A DNA stretch of 64,000 bases from a virus (IMGVR_UViG_3300036828_000363:29236-93235); one strand, 5' to 3'. Positions 16,353 to 25,927 are shown, numbered from the stretch's first letter. Made by a program: numbers and translations. Notes: generated by a model from the letters alone, not told the origin.

Positions 16353-17475
16353 TTACAGTCAAAGAAGCCATAGCCGAAGTCCGAGTTCAAGACAAAGCAA
16401 TGACTAAGTCTTAGAAGCCGGAGCGCGGTCACAGTTCATGTTTAAGCCGTAGTCACAGAAGTCGTAGTCGGTGTCAAAGTTTCAGGCACAGTCCTAGTTT
16501 TAGTCGAAGAAGCCGGAGTCGCAGTTATAGACCCAGACATAGACGTAGTCGAAGGAAAAGTCGAAGCATAGTCGTAGACTAAGCAAAGTCGAAGTAGCCG
16601 AAGTCAAAGCTTCAGTGGAGTCGAAGTCCAAGTCATAGTCTTTGGCGTTGTCATAGTCTCAGAAGCTGCTGTCCCAGTCTAAGTTGAAGACGTTGTCTAA
16701 GTCGTAGAAGCTTGAGTCACAGTCGAAGTTGCTGTTCTAGTCGGAGTCGTAGTCAGAGTCAAAGAAGCCAAAGTCTTTGCTTAAGTCTCGTTCCATGTCT
16801 AAGTCGTGGAAGCTGAAGTCGTAGTCGAAGTCAAGGCAATGTCGCGGTTATAGTCTTAGTCAAAGGCGCGGAAGTCGTAGCCGCAGTTGAAGACCGAGTC
16901 CCAGACTACGTTAAAGTCAAAGAAGCTGAAGTCAAAGCCTAGTCGTGGTCGTAGCTCAAGTCACAGTCGTAGTCAAAGAAGCCATAGTCGCAGTTGAAGT
17001 CGAAGTTCAAGTCACAGTCATAGAAGCCAAAGTCTGAGTCAAAGTTAGGGACGATGTTCAGGTCAATGTTTAAGAAGCTTAAGTCACAGTTATAGTCGAA
17101 GCTCAGTCAAGATCACTGTCCTAGTCAAAGAAGCCGAAGTCATAGTTGGAGTCGAAGTTATAGTTGAAGTCGTAGCTAGGTCATAGTCTCAGAAGCCATA
17201 GTCGAAGACAGAGACATGGTCGTAGTCTTAGTCGCAGTTGAAGTCGAAGAAGCCATAGCCAAAGTTCAAGTCGCGGATTCAGTCGAAGTCGAAGTTCTAG
17301 CACAGTTGCAGTCAAAGGCATAGTCCAAGAAGTCTAAGTCAAAGTCAAGGCCTTAGTCGAAGTCGAAGTCCTAGAAGTCTCAGTCTCAGTTAATGTTGCA
17401 GTCTATGGCTACGTCTCAGAAGCTGAAGTCACGGTCATAGTTCAAGTCAAAGTCTTAGTCATAGCCGAAGTCATG
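16328..17475 (+). ncRNA. Hexamer-periodic non-coding array, segment 2 (about 21-22 units), candidate guide-RNA array
   Basis: Same grammar; units of roughly 6-13 hexamers delimited by A-GAA-GCC/GCT/GTC. Confidence 0.8.
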
Positions 17476-18154
17476 GAAAAGTAATTTGTGTTCTAGCACC
17501 ATCTTCTGCCCATTTGATGATCGATGGTAGTCTGGATTCCAGTTTGAAATGTGATACCCATTTCAGCATTTTTTCTAACGTGTCCAGTACCCGAAGAGTA
17601 TTCTCTTCCGTCCTGTCCAGATGATGAGAACATAGCCCACCACGTGTTTTCATATCTGCTTGCATCATATTCCTAACTCCAGCTTTTTCCTGTCCACCAC
17701 TCAAAGTGAAAAATTCTTTCGGAACCATGAAATGCCTAAACCGAATACCTGCTGGATAGCTACAGTGAAATGGAATAGTAGTTGAGTATAGCTCACATCC
17801 ATAGTTTTCCCTGTTCAAATACTTGCAGTGTTCCTTTCCCGGTAAGCAGTTATCCATTACTGAGATAATAGGAAATTTCTCCCCGTTGAATTCAATCTGA
17901 CGTTCTACCCCGCCTTCGTGTTTCTCTCCCGGTAGCCAGTCCAGTGTCGCTCTACTACAACATGCTCCACACCCCAACTTACATTCAAAGCGAAGAAATA
18001 AATCCGGTTTGACGATTAGTTCCACTGGTTGAAAAGTTCTACCCGCATATCGAAATGGTTTTACTGCTAGCGCATGAAACCATACTTCAATCATTGATGC
18101 CACCATGTCGGATGGTTTACTGCCACCATTTCGAATTTGAATAAGTTCTAGCAT
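17471..18154 (-). CDS. YkgJ-like CxxxCxxCC cysteine-cluster protein
   Basis: FECKLGCGACCS...HCKYL...CELY...PFHCSYP. Confidence 0.75.
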   Translation of the reverse strand: MLELIQIRNGGSKPSDMVASMIEVWFHALAVKPFRYAGRTFQPVELIVKPDLFLRFECKLGCGACCSRATLDWLPGEKHEGGVERQIEFNGEKFPIISVMDNCLPGKEHCKYLNRENYGCELYSTTIPFHCSYPAGIRFRHFMVPKEFFTLSGGQEKAGVRNMMQADMKTRGGLCSHHLDRTEENTLRVLDTLEKMLKWVSHFKLESRLPSIIKWAEDGARTQITFP

Positions 18155-18341
18155 AGTTAAATCTTAGAATACTACCATTCTAAAACTAAGGTAATTTATT
18201 TTACCAGACACCCTCACTCGCACTTGACATCCCCTACGATCCGAGTACCATAATCTTCATCTAGACTTGTGTTTATTCACAATTATGTCTGGTTACAGAC
18301 ATAGCCAGATAATAGTTGGTTTATGAGCACTATCGGATTCT

Positions 18342-19247
18342 ATGGACAATTCGCCTCAAGAAACAAGATTTATTCCTCGTCGTGTCCCATTAGTCTTCTC
18401 GACTGAAAAACCAGTTACACCTCAAAAACAAGAGAAGTTCAAAAAATCCCGTCAAAATAGCATTAAGAAGGCGAGCGAGAAAAAGAGAGAAGCACGGAAA
18501 AAGCAAGAAATTTCAAATCAGTTTCTCTCAGTAGGTCAGGTTACCCAGTCCGGGAAGCTCACAGTTAGGCAATCTCTATTTGTCAGATACTTAGTTGAAG
18601 ACCCCAAGTTTTCAGCTACAGCTGCAGCAGAAAAAGTTGGCTATGCCAATCCAGCCGCAGTAGGTTCGAATCTACTTAAGCATCCCATAGTATCAGCAGA
18701 GATAAAACGCTTACTTAAGATCACCTCAAGGCATCTTGAAATCTCCGCTGAGAAAACCCTTTCAGAGATTGCTAATATCGCTTATTCCAATGTCTATGAT
18801 TACCTTTCGGTTAACCCAGATGGATCATGGACATTTGACCTGAAGAACATAAATCGTAATCAGGCATCGGCTATTCAGGAGATAGTTACAGAGGAAGAGA
18901 TACTCCGGGAACCCGTTACGATTGATGGAGTTAAACGATATACGAAGGTGCGCCGAACCAAGTTTAAACTCCATGACAAGCTGTCCGCGCTCAATACGTT
19001 GACTAAGTTCCAGCAACTCATGCCAAAAGAGGAACCTGAGTCTACCACCAACGTTACTATTAATGTACTAGACGCGATTATCAATGGCACAATCGGGAGC
19101 ATGAATGTCCAACAGTTGACAGAGGGAAGCGATCATCCAGCAAGGAAGTTGCCTAATGGTTTTGGTGCTCAAGCTCAGGCAGCTAGAAGAGCGATAGTTA
19201 ATGGAAGCAATGGTAATCCTCAGACTATCGAAGGTAGCTTACCATGA
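18342..19247 (+). CDS. terS: Terminase small subunit
   Basis: LTVRQSLFVRYL...SATAAAEKVGY...LLKHPIV; EIANIAYSN; KFKLHDKLSAL. Confidence 0.88.
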   Translation: MDNSPQETRFIPRRVPLVFSTEKPVTPQKQEKFKKSRQNSIKKASEKKREARKKQEISNQFLSVGQVTQSGKLTVRQSLFVRYLVEDPKFSATAAAEKVGYANPAAVGSNLLKHPIVSAEIKRLLKITSRHLEISAEKTLSEIANIAYSNVYDYLSVNPDGSWTFDLKNINRNQASAIQEIVTEEEILREPVTIDGVKRYTKVRRTKFKLHDKLSALNTLTKFQQLMPKEEPESTTNVTINVLDAIINGTIGSMNVQQLTEGSDHPARKLPNGFGAQAQAARRAIVNGSNGNPQTIEGSLP

Positions 19248-19469
19248 GCGTGACTTGTAAATTAAATGGCTATCATATTTTCGGTTTTACCCGGATAACC
19301 TCAATCTTCCACGGGGGGAAAATCAACGAAACGACAAATTTCCGAAATTTTGGACTGCTTATTAACTTTTTGGAGTAAGCAGTCATTTTTCGGACGATTT
19401 TCCAGATCAGAAACGGAAATTTTCCCCCCGGTGGAACTTTAACTTCGAAGTGATTTTTCGGAATTTATC

Positions 19470-19763
19470 ATGAGCAACGATGTAGTACTAAAAAGGCGAC
19501 CACTATGGAAACGAATACTTTCCATGCCCAGAATATTCCGGATGCACTACAGAGAATTTCGTCGCTATGGAAATGGAAGATGGGAAGCAGTAAAGATTGC
19601 GCGTAGACTAGCGTTCGACATACTGAAAGTTCCTAAGCCGTCTACTATTCCAGCAAAAGAAGTTGCTCAGATGAATGCAATAAGTTCTGGTGCAATGCAA
19701 CAAGTACCGAAACCTAATGGTCTCGATACAGAACATTTAAAATCGAGGAGTAACGTCACGTAG
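19470..19763 (+). CDS. Hypothetical protein
   Basis: 97-aa ORF. Confidence 0.45.
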   Translation: MSNDVVLKRRPLWKRILSMPRIFRMHYREFRRYGNGRWEAVKIARRLAFDILKVPKPSTIPAKEVAQMNAISSGAMQQVPKPNGLDTEHLKSRSNVT

Positions 19764-19878
19764 AGTCGTGGTTGTTGGTGATTGCTTGTCTCTCTGACGC
19801 GTTTGTAGGTATCGGGACATTAGGTAACATGGGGAAATTGACCACGATGAAGTAAAGGAAAAGAAAAGGAGAAAAAAG

Positions 19879-20502
19879 ATGCAACCATTCTTAGCCTTGA
19901 TAACTCCGATTGGTGGTGGTGGTGAGGGTGCTCATCCAGAACATCCGATTGCTTGGCCACCTTGGTGGCCCGGACACCCGGAACATCCAATTCCACCTAC
20001 TGTCTGGCCTACGCCGCCACCTTCTGGTGGTGGTGGTGTGCCGCCTTATCCGTCTCATCCTATTTACTATCCCGGCGCACGTCCGGAGCATCCAATCGCA
20101 CAACCGCCGTGGTGGCCCGGTTTCCCTGCCCATCCAATTCCACCCGGCATCTGGCCAACACCGCCTGAAGGTGGTGGTGGTGGTGGAGAGCCACCGCTCG
20201 GTTTCTGGGGCGGCTCATCTCCTTGGCCGGGGTATGCAACTCCGCCAATCTTTATTCCAATGCCAAATCCGCCTTGGTATCCCGGACATCCGGAACATCC
20301 AATCCCGCCAACCGTTTGGCCTAATCCCCCAGAGGGTGGCACACCGCCAGATGGTGGTGGCACACCTACAAGACCCCTCTTTGAGTGGAAAGTTGGATGG
20401 ACTCCAGCTACTGGCTGGGTTGTTGTTGCAGTTCCGAAGTTTGACGTTCCGACTCCGTCGAAACCCGCCGCGGCTGGCGAAGAAGAAGAAGCAGCAAGGT
20501 AA
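19879..20502 (+). CDS. Pro/Gly/Trp-rich repeat protein (HPEHPI repeats)
   Basis: Strong RBS AAGGAG; repeated PGHPEHPIPPTVWP. Confidence 0.8.
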   Translation: MQPFLALITPIGGGGEGAHPEHPIAWPPWWPGHPEHPIPPTVWPTPPPSGGGGVPPYPSHPIYYPGARPEHPIAQPPWWPGFPAHPIPPGIWPTPPEGGGGGGEPPLGFWGGSSPWPGYATPPIFIPMPNPPWYPGHPEHPIPPTVWPNPPEGGTPPDGGGTPTRPLFEWKVGWTPATGWVVVAVPKFDVPTPSKPAAAGEEEEAAR

Positions 20503-20510
20503 GTCTATCG

Positions 20511-20545
20511 GGACGCGCCAGACTATCGGCGCGTCTTTATTTTAA
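20511..20545 (+). terminator. Rho-independent terminator
   Basis: GACGCGCC-loop-GGCGCGTC followed by TTTATTTT. Confidence 0.75.
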
Positions 20546-20656
20546 ATTTTTTTGGGAAAGTAAGCAGGTAAGATTAATACTGGAATAAAACTACTGCGTA
20601 GTTTTACACTTTTTTTCGGGACTTGTCAAGAGAAAAATGTAAGATAGTTTAACGTC

Positions 20657-22423
20657 ATGAGCATACTTGAGAACTACATCCGAGCCGGAGCTTCAATGAA
20701 TGGTGGAGACACTGGTAATGCTCATCCCGACCATCAACACTTCGATGAATGCGCGCCTGATACAGAACAACAGTTTCATGAAGCTGCAAGCGCGTCTACT
20801 GATCAGGAGCACGAGAACGCGGCAAGCTATCATGACAGGGAAGCGAATATGTATGCGATTCGTCCCGGACTTAGTGCCGCAGAAAGACAAAGACAAAACG
20901 CTCATGAGAACGCGGCAGCACTTCATAGGCGTGTTATCACAGAAGGCACAAAGTATCCTCAGCTTAGACCGGGACTATCTAGTGACGCGAATAGTGCTTC
21001 TTTAGGAGTTCATGCTTTCCTAGTTAAACCTAAAGTGGAACCAACACAACTAAAACCCAGCGTGGTAGATAAGGCAGAGAAGGGGGAACGGAAAATGTCA
21101 AGTTTCGTTGAGCAATTCGTTAAATACTCTGGTGGCAATGCAAAAAAGTATGCGCCCGATCAACCCCGTACCGACGCTGGAAGCTTCCAAGCAGATCAAG
21201 TCGCGGCAGAGAATGCTCAGACAATCGATGCTCATAAGCGAGCGGGAAAATATCATCGAAGAGTAGGCGCGACACTTCAGACAGAAGGACATGAAGCTGA
21301 CGCGCAACAACACTTCAACGCAGCACACGCGCATGAAAGAGCAGTATCACTTGGTTCGGAAGGCGCGCAACCGCCTTCTTCACTCGCTCGACAAGCAAGT
21401 GCATCTGCTCATGGTAAGAAACCTACTCAAACATTCATGCAACAATGTTCAACGCCAGAAGTAAGTCTGGTGAAAGACTTCGTGAATGGCGAGAGGACTA
21501 ATCCATCGATTCCTTACAAGTCAGATGTTGAGCGATTCGTTCGAGCGGACAATATTCCTGCTGGAATCTCAGTTGAGAACATCGGAACTGGAATGTCGAA
21601 GGGTGGCCCCGGTTCCGGTAGATATCCTGCTGGAAGTGGTGGTAGTTCATCAGCGGGAGAAGCTGCGAGAGAACGAGTGATTCATAACGCCTTGGGCGCA
21701 GATAGCGCCAAAGCACATGCTGATGCCGCGCAACACCATCAGATCATGGCACGTGGTTCGCGGCAAATCGCAGAACGTACTGGGATGAAAGCATACAATG
21801 ACGCGGCTGATGCTCATCAAAATGCAGCCGATCTTCATGCCGCTGCCTACAAGGCACATTTAAAAACTGGAGCGGACACGCCTTCAAAAGATGAACTTGG
21901 TTCGATGAGTGAGAAGGCACGTGTCGCGTCAAGAGTCGCGCATGATTCATCATGGGATGCCCGCGACAAAGAACAATCTTCGCTCAAAGTGCAAACAGAC
22001 AACCTCGACAAAGGTGGCCCCGGAAGTGGACGATATCCTGCCGGAAGTGGTGGTAACTCTGAAAGCTCCGGAGATACCAAGCATGATTACTATGGTGAGC
22101 ATGGTATCCATCTCACCATGACACGTGACCAAGCGGACAGTGTCAGTGGCAGCGGTAAGCAGGATGAGAACGTTGCTGCGCTCGCGAGACATCCGGACAT
22201 CAAACCGCAACTGGACAACATTGACCCGGAGAAACTCCGCTCCGAGTTGAAAGGTTATGGTGCTTGGGACAAGTCGGAACTCGCAGACCATGACCAAAAC
22301 CTACATAGGATGCTTTGGCTCGCGGGTGGTCATATCAGTGATGAAGCAAAATCATCTGACAAAGCACAAGATGCGACTACTCTCTACAAGGCATCGACTG
22401 GCAAGGAAGAATTGGTGAAGTGA
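20657..22423 (+). CDS. His/Ala-rich modular protein, probably virion-associated
   Basis: Repeated AHxNAAxLH helices; two KGGPGSGRYPAGSGG motifs; one KYAPDQPRTDAGSF motif. Confidence 0.7.
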   Translation: MSILENYIRAGASMNGGDTGNAHPDHQHFDECAPDTEQQFHEAASASTDQEHENAASYHDREANMYAIRPGLSAAERQRQNAHENAAALHRRVITEGTKYPQLRPGLSSDANSASLGVHAFLVKPKVEPTQLKPSVVDKAEKGERKMSSFVEQFVKYSGGNAKKYAPDQPRTDAGSFQADQVAAENAQTIDAHKRAGKYHRRVGATLQTEGHEADAQQHFNAAHAHERAVSLGSEGAQPPSSLARQASASAHGKKPTQTFMQQCSTPEVSLVKDFVNGERTNPSIPYKSDVERFVRADNIPAGISVENIGTGMSKGGPGSGRYPAGSGGSSSAGEAARERVIHNALGADSAKAHADAAQHHQIMARGSRQIAERTGMKAYNDAADAHQNAADLHAAAYKAHLKTGADTPSKDELGSMSEKARVASRVAHDSSWDARDKEQSSLKVQTDNLDKGGPGSGRYPAGSGGNSESSGDTKHDYYGEHGIHLTMTRDQADSVSGSGKQDENVAALARHPDIKPQLDNIDPEKLRSELKGYGAWDKSELADHDQNLHRMLWLAGGHISDEAKSSDKAQDATTLYKASTGKEELVK

Positions 22424-22444
22424 TCGCATAGTTTCACATAGTAG

Positions 22445-22666
22445 GTGATCGCCATGAGAGCAATTGTTACCATAGCCGACCCGGATCAGATCAACTTCAA
22501 TTCTATTCTCGCCCTGAAGTTGAATGAGTTTGAAGCGGTAACGCAAAGAGCACTAAATGTGTGGGGAATTCTAGCTTCACACGTTCGTGATGGTGGAACC
22601 ATTATCTTGAGGGACAAGTATGGCTATCCAAGAGAGGTTCGACTTGAAGACTTAGCAAGGGATTAG
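22445..22666 (+). CDS. Hypothetical protein
   Basis: 73-aa ORF. Confidence 0.5.
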   Translation: MIAMRAIVTIADPDQINFNSILALKLNEFEAVTQRALNVWGILASHVRDGGTIILRDKYGYPREVRLEDLARD

Positions 22667-22952
22667 TGAATACTAGCTTAGGTTATTGGGATTCTACCTG
22701 AGCTAGTTGATGCTGAGATAACTTCTGCACCACGGCAGAAGTAAGTCCGCATCAGGAAAGGGGGTTTGGACAAGACGACACACCTTGTTACAAACCCCTT
22801 TCTACTTTTGGAGAAGAAGAAAATGGAACAAACTGATATAGAAATTTTGATGAATGATGTCAGACTTTCCCTCTTCCAGATTCTTGTAGAGATGTACAAC
22901 GAAGTAAAGCGACAAGAAGCTGTGACCAACTTGTACGCCGAGGCATTGAGTA

Positions 22953-24860
22953 TTGGCTATAGGTGATCAATACGTCAGAACGCAGTTAACACCAAACGGC
23001 GCGCCTATTCCTGCTCTAACCACGCCCATTGATCCCACCAAGATAACACCAGAACAAGCAGACAAAGTAAGAGAAACGCTTGTTGACTCAGTCCAGTTTA
23101 GTCGTGTGTGGCTAGATTCCGAACTATGGGAAAAGCAAGAAGAGATACTACGTTCCATCGACACGAATCGTAAGACTGCGGTACGCGCTTGTCACTCATC
23201 CGGAAAAACTTTTGTTGCTGCGCTTGCGACTCTTCACTTCTTAGCTAGATGGGAAGAAGCAATAGTAATCACTACTGCGCCTACGAAAAATCAAGTCGAA
23301 AAGTTACTTTGGGCAGAAATACATTCTGCGGTAGGCAGAAGTAAGTATCCGTTCCCCAAACCGATTCTTACTCAGCTAAAGATAGGGCCGAAACGCTACG
23401 CCTTAGGATTCACCACTAACATTGAGCATCAGGACGAAGGCGTTAAGTTCCAAGGTTTCCACGCAAAGAACATATTAGTCATCCTTGATGAAGCACCCGG
23501 AGTCGCGACTAAGATATGGAAAGCGATTGAAGGGTTGATGGCATCAGGTAATGTAAGACTGCTTGCTATCGGTAATCCGACAATCGTAGGCGGAGACTTC
23601 TACAACGCGTTTCACTCTGATCGTGAATTCTGGGATGCAAAGCTTACCATCTCTGCGTTTGACACGCCGAATCTATTAGGTATTACTCCTGCTCAACTAA
23701 TCAAGATGACACCAGACGAGCTAGATTACTGTCCGGTGCCACATCTGATATCCAGACGTTGGGTGTATCAGATGATCAAATCGCTGGGGATGAGTAATCC
23801 GTTTGTTCAGTCAAGAGTGTTTGGCGAATTCCCGGAACAAGCTGAAGACTCGCTCATATTCTTGTCATGGTTAGATCAAGCATCGAATCGTGAAGTAGAC
23901 AAGGACAAAGTCTGGGAGCAACTAAAAGCAGGGAAAATAAAGGCGAGTGCAGGTATTGATGTCGCTGGGCCGGGTGAGGACGAAACGACATTATGTATTC
24001 GAGCAGGAAACGATATCATGTTGTTGAAGGCGTGGCCTGATCCTGATCCACGTGGTGAACTGATACAGGAATTGATGCCATTTAAACCGTACCTCGATAA
24101 CGTCAATGTGGACTCAGCAGGAATTGGTTATTATCTAGCACGTCATCTTGAAGACGAAGGTTACCCGGTCTCAGATGTCAATGTAGGAGAATCGCCAGAA
24201 GACAAAGAGCATTTCTTTTTACTCAAGGCAGAATTGTACTGGGGACTTCGTCTACGCTTTGAAGAAGGCGACGTTAATGGATTGGATGACGATGTCGCGA
24301 AAGGCCAGTTGACTACAATACGTTGGAAGCCGAATCCACGTGGTCAAACAGTGATTGAGTCGAAGGCGGACGCGAAAGCACGTGGCATTAAATCTCCGGA
24401 TAGAGCGGAAGGTGTAATGTTGGCATTTGCAAAAAGTGGTATGCATGGATTGATTGAGTTGTGGGGACAGGACGCAGAGAAGATTAAGGACGAAGAACAA
24501 AGACAGGAAGCGAGAATTAAAGAAGCACACTCTGCTATTCAACCTGAGCATAACTTAGACCCGAGTGAACGCAGCACGGAACTAGCTAATTTGCAAAAGA
24601 ATGATGCTGGTGGCTGGATTGAAAAAATGGCAATAAGAGACAAAGAAGAAAGAGACAAAAACAAAGAAGCGTTACAAGCAAAGACTGGAATCAAATCTTT
24701 GGGCAAGGTGACTACGTCGAAAGAGCAACCTGATGTTTGTCCGAGATGTCCGAATAAGTTCCTGTCACAGTATGCAGACAACAGTTGGAAGTGTAACGCG
24801 TGTGGCGCGAGTGGTGTAGGCATGACTATTAAGGTTGGTAGCGATCTAATACCAATTTAG
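22953..24860 (+). CDS. terL: Terminase large subunit
   Basis: Walker A ACHSSGKT, Walker B VILDEA, GNPT, nuclease GIDVAGPGEDET, SPDRAEG; C-terminal Zn ribbon. Confidence 0.95.
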   Translation: MAIGDQYVRTQLTPNGAPIPALTTPIDPTKITPEQADKVRETLVDSVQFSRVWLDSELWEKQEEILRSIDTNRKTAVRACHSSGKTFVAALATLHFLARWEEAIVITTAPTKNQVEKLLWAEIHSAVGRSKYPFPKPILTQLKIGPKRYALGFTTNIEHQDEGVKFQGFHAKNILVILDEAPGVATKIWKAIEGLMASGNVRLLAIGNPTIVGGDFYNAFHSDREFWDAKLTISAFDTPNLLGITPAQLIKMTPDELDYCPVPHLISRRWVYQMIKSLGMSNPFVQSRVFGEFPEQAEDSLIFLSWLDQASNREVDKDKVWEQLKAGKIKASAGIDVAGPGEDETTLCIRAGNDIMLLKAWPDPDPRGELIQELMPFKPYLDNVNVDSAGIGYYLARHLEDEGYPVSDVNVGESPEDKEHFFLLKAELYWGLRLRFEEGDVNGLDDDVAKGQLTTIRWKPNPRGQTVIESKADAKARGIKSPDRAEGVMLAFAKSGMHGLIELWGQDAEKIKDEEQRQEARIKEAHSAIQPEHNLDPSERSTELANLQKNDAGGWIEKMAIRDKEERDKNKEALQAKTGIKSLGKVTTSKEQPDVCPRCPNKFLSQYADNSWKCNACGASGVGMTIKVGSDLIPI

Positions 24861-25135
24861 TTTTAATTCAAGTCGCTTATTATTGACTCTAAACTAGCGA
24901 CTTAGGTTTGAAGTAATACGTCTATGTAGCAGATGTAAACCAGCTACTCTTAGAGTCTGCTGGTGACTTCGTTTGTCGCCGAATGTAGGATTAGTGTCTA
25001 ATACAATGAACGTACACATTGACCCAGTGCGTTTAGAGAGAATCATGCTTCTACTTGACGGAATAGAAAGCTATCTCATTAGACAACAGGTTCCCCCGGT
25101 TGAATGGGTTCGAGAAATCAAAGAGTTGATGACTG

Positions 25136-25474
25136 ATGCGACTTACTCTACTTGAACCCCGGTATCTCAAAATTAGTTCTGATATAGGTATTAGCAGCGA
25201 GAATGTATCAAAAGAAGAATCAGATGGCATGTGGTTTTTCTGTCCGGTGTGTTACCTGAAAAATAGAGGGCCGGAAGGAACCCATATGATTATCGTATGG
25301 CGACCAAAGATTCAACCCGCGTCAAATCGTTCCGGCCCCGGTAGATGGGAACTGAGGGGCAATGGCTTTGAAGACATGACTTTGATAGGCAGTGACTCGA
25401 ATTCAATTATGTGTAAGGGTGGCTGCAACGCGCACTTTAGCATCGTTGATGGTGAGGTGATCATTCATGACTGA
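25136..25474 (+). CDS. DUF6527-like Zn-binding protein
   Basis: FFCPVC...H...RWELRG...CNAHFSIVDGEV. Confidence 0.6.
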   Translation: MRLTLLEPRYLKISSDIGISSENVSKEESDGMWFFCPVCYLKNRGPEGTHMIIVWRPKIQPASNRSGPGRWELRGNGFEDMTLIGSDSNSIMCKGGCNAHFSIVDGEVIIHD

Positions 25475-25700
25475 AGCTAAGAGAAAAAAGAAGTCTGAGC
25501 TTATGATGATTCTCAATCGTATGTCCATCGAGCGACGTTTTGGCTTCGAGTTTGAATTTCCTAAGGAGTGGAGAGCGTCACAGAAACCAATTGAGGAATT
25601 GACTACCGGAGAAATGCAACAGCTCATCGATGAAGGAAGACGCCAACTAAAATTAGTTGATGTGGAAGACGAAGAATTGAAATGTCAGTCTGTAAACTAA
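25467..25700 (+). CDS. Hypothetical protein
   Basis: Coupled ORF. Confidence 0.55.
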   Translation: MTEAKRKKKSELMMILNRMSIERRFGFEFEFPKEWRASQKPIEELTTGEMQQLIDEGRRQLKLVDVEDEELKCQSVN

Positions 25701-25927
25701 GGCATCGGGACATCAGACGTTGGGATACAACGGGTAGCTATCCAAACTGTCTTCACCACCATCATTGCAATCGTAATGAAGCAGATCAACTAGTCAGGAG
25801 TAATGACGCCTTTCCTATCGCGGGTAAATCTGCAATTGTGTTGTTTGATTCTAATTTCTACCAGTGGGCGAAGGTAGTAGATATAACTGGCATATCTGTA
25901 TTACAAATGGTGCCTATAACGGATTAA
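25682..25927 (+). CDS. Hypothetical protein
   Basis: Coupled ORF. Confidence 0.45.
   Translation: MSVCKLRHRDIRRWDTTGSYPNCLHHHHCNRNEADQLVRSNDAFPIAGKSAIVLFDSNFYQWAKVVDITGISVLQMVPITD

Noticed and set aside
15675-17475. Canonical CRISPR array
   Set aside because: No identical 23-50 nt direct repeat; the only recurring delimiter is about 7 nt and the intervening sequence is itself periodic.
15675-17475. Low-complexity protein gene (V-x, S-x or D-x dipeptide repeats), possibly with stop-codon recoding
   Set aside because: All three stop triplets occur, pentamer units shift the frame repeatedly, and neighbouring genes end normally in TAA, TAG and TGA.
15675-17475. Simple microsatellite or assembly artefact
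   Set aside because: Adjacent hexamers are rarely identical, variation is concentrated at fixed positions, and a higher-order delimiter recurs.
19891-20545. Multiple alternative ORFs over the proline-rich gene
   Set aside because: Arise from GC-rich repeats lacking stop codons; only 19879-20502 has a strong RBS.
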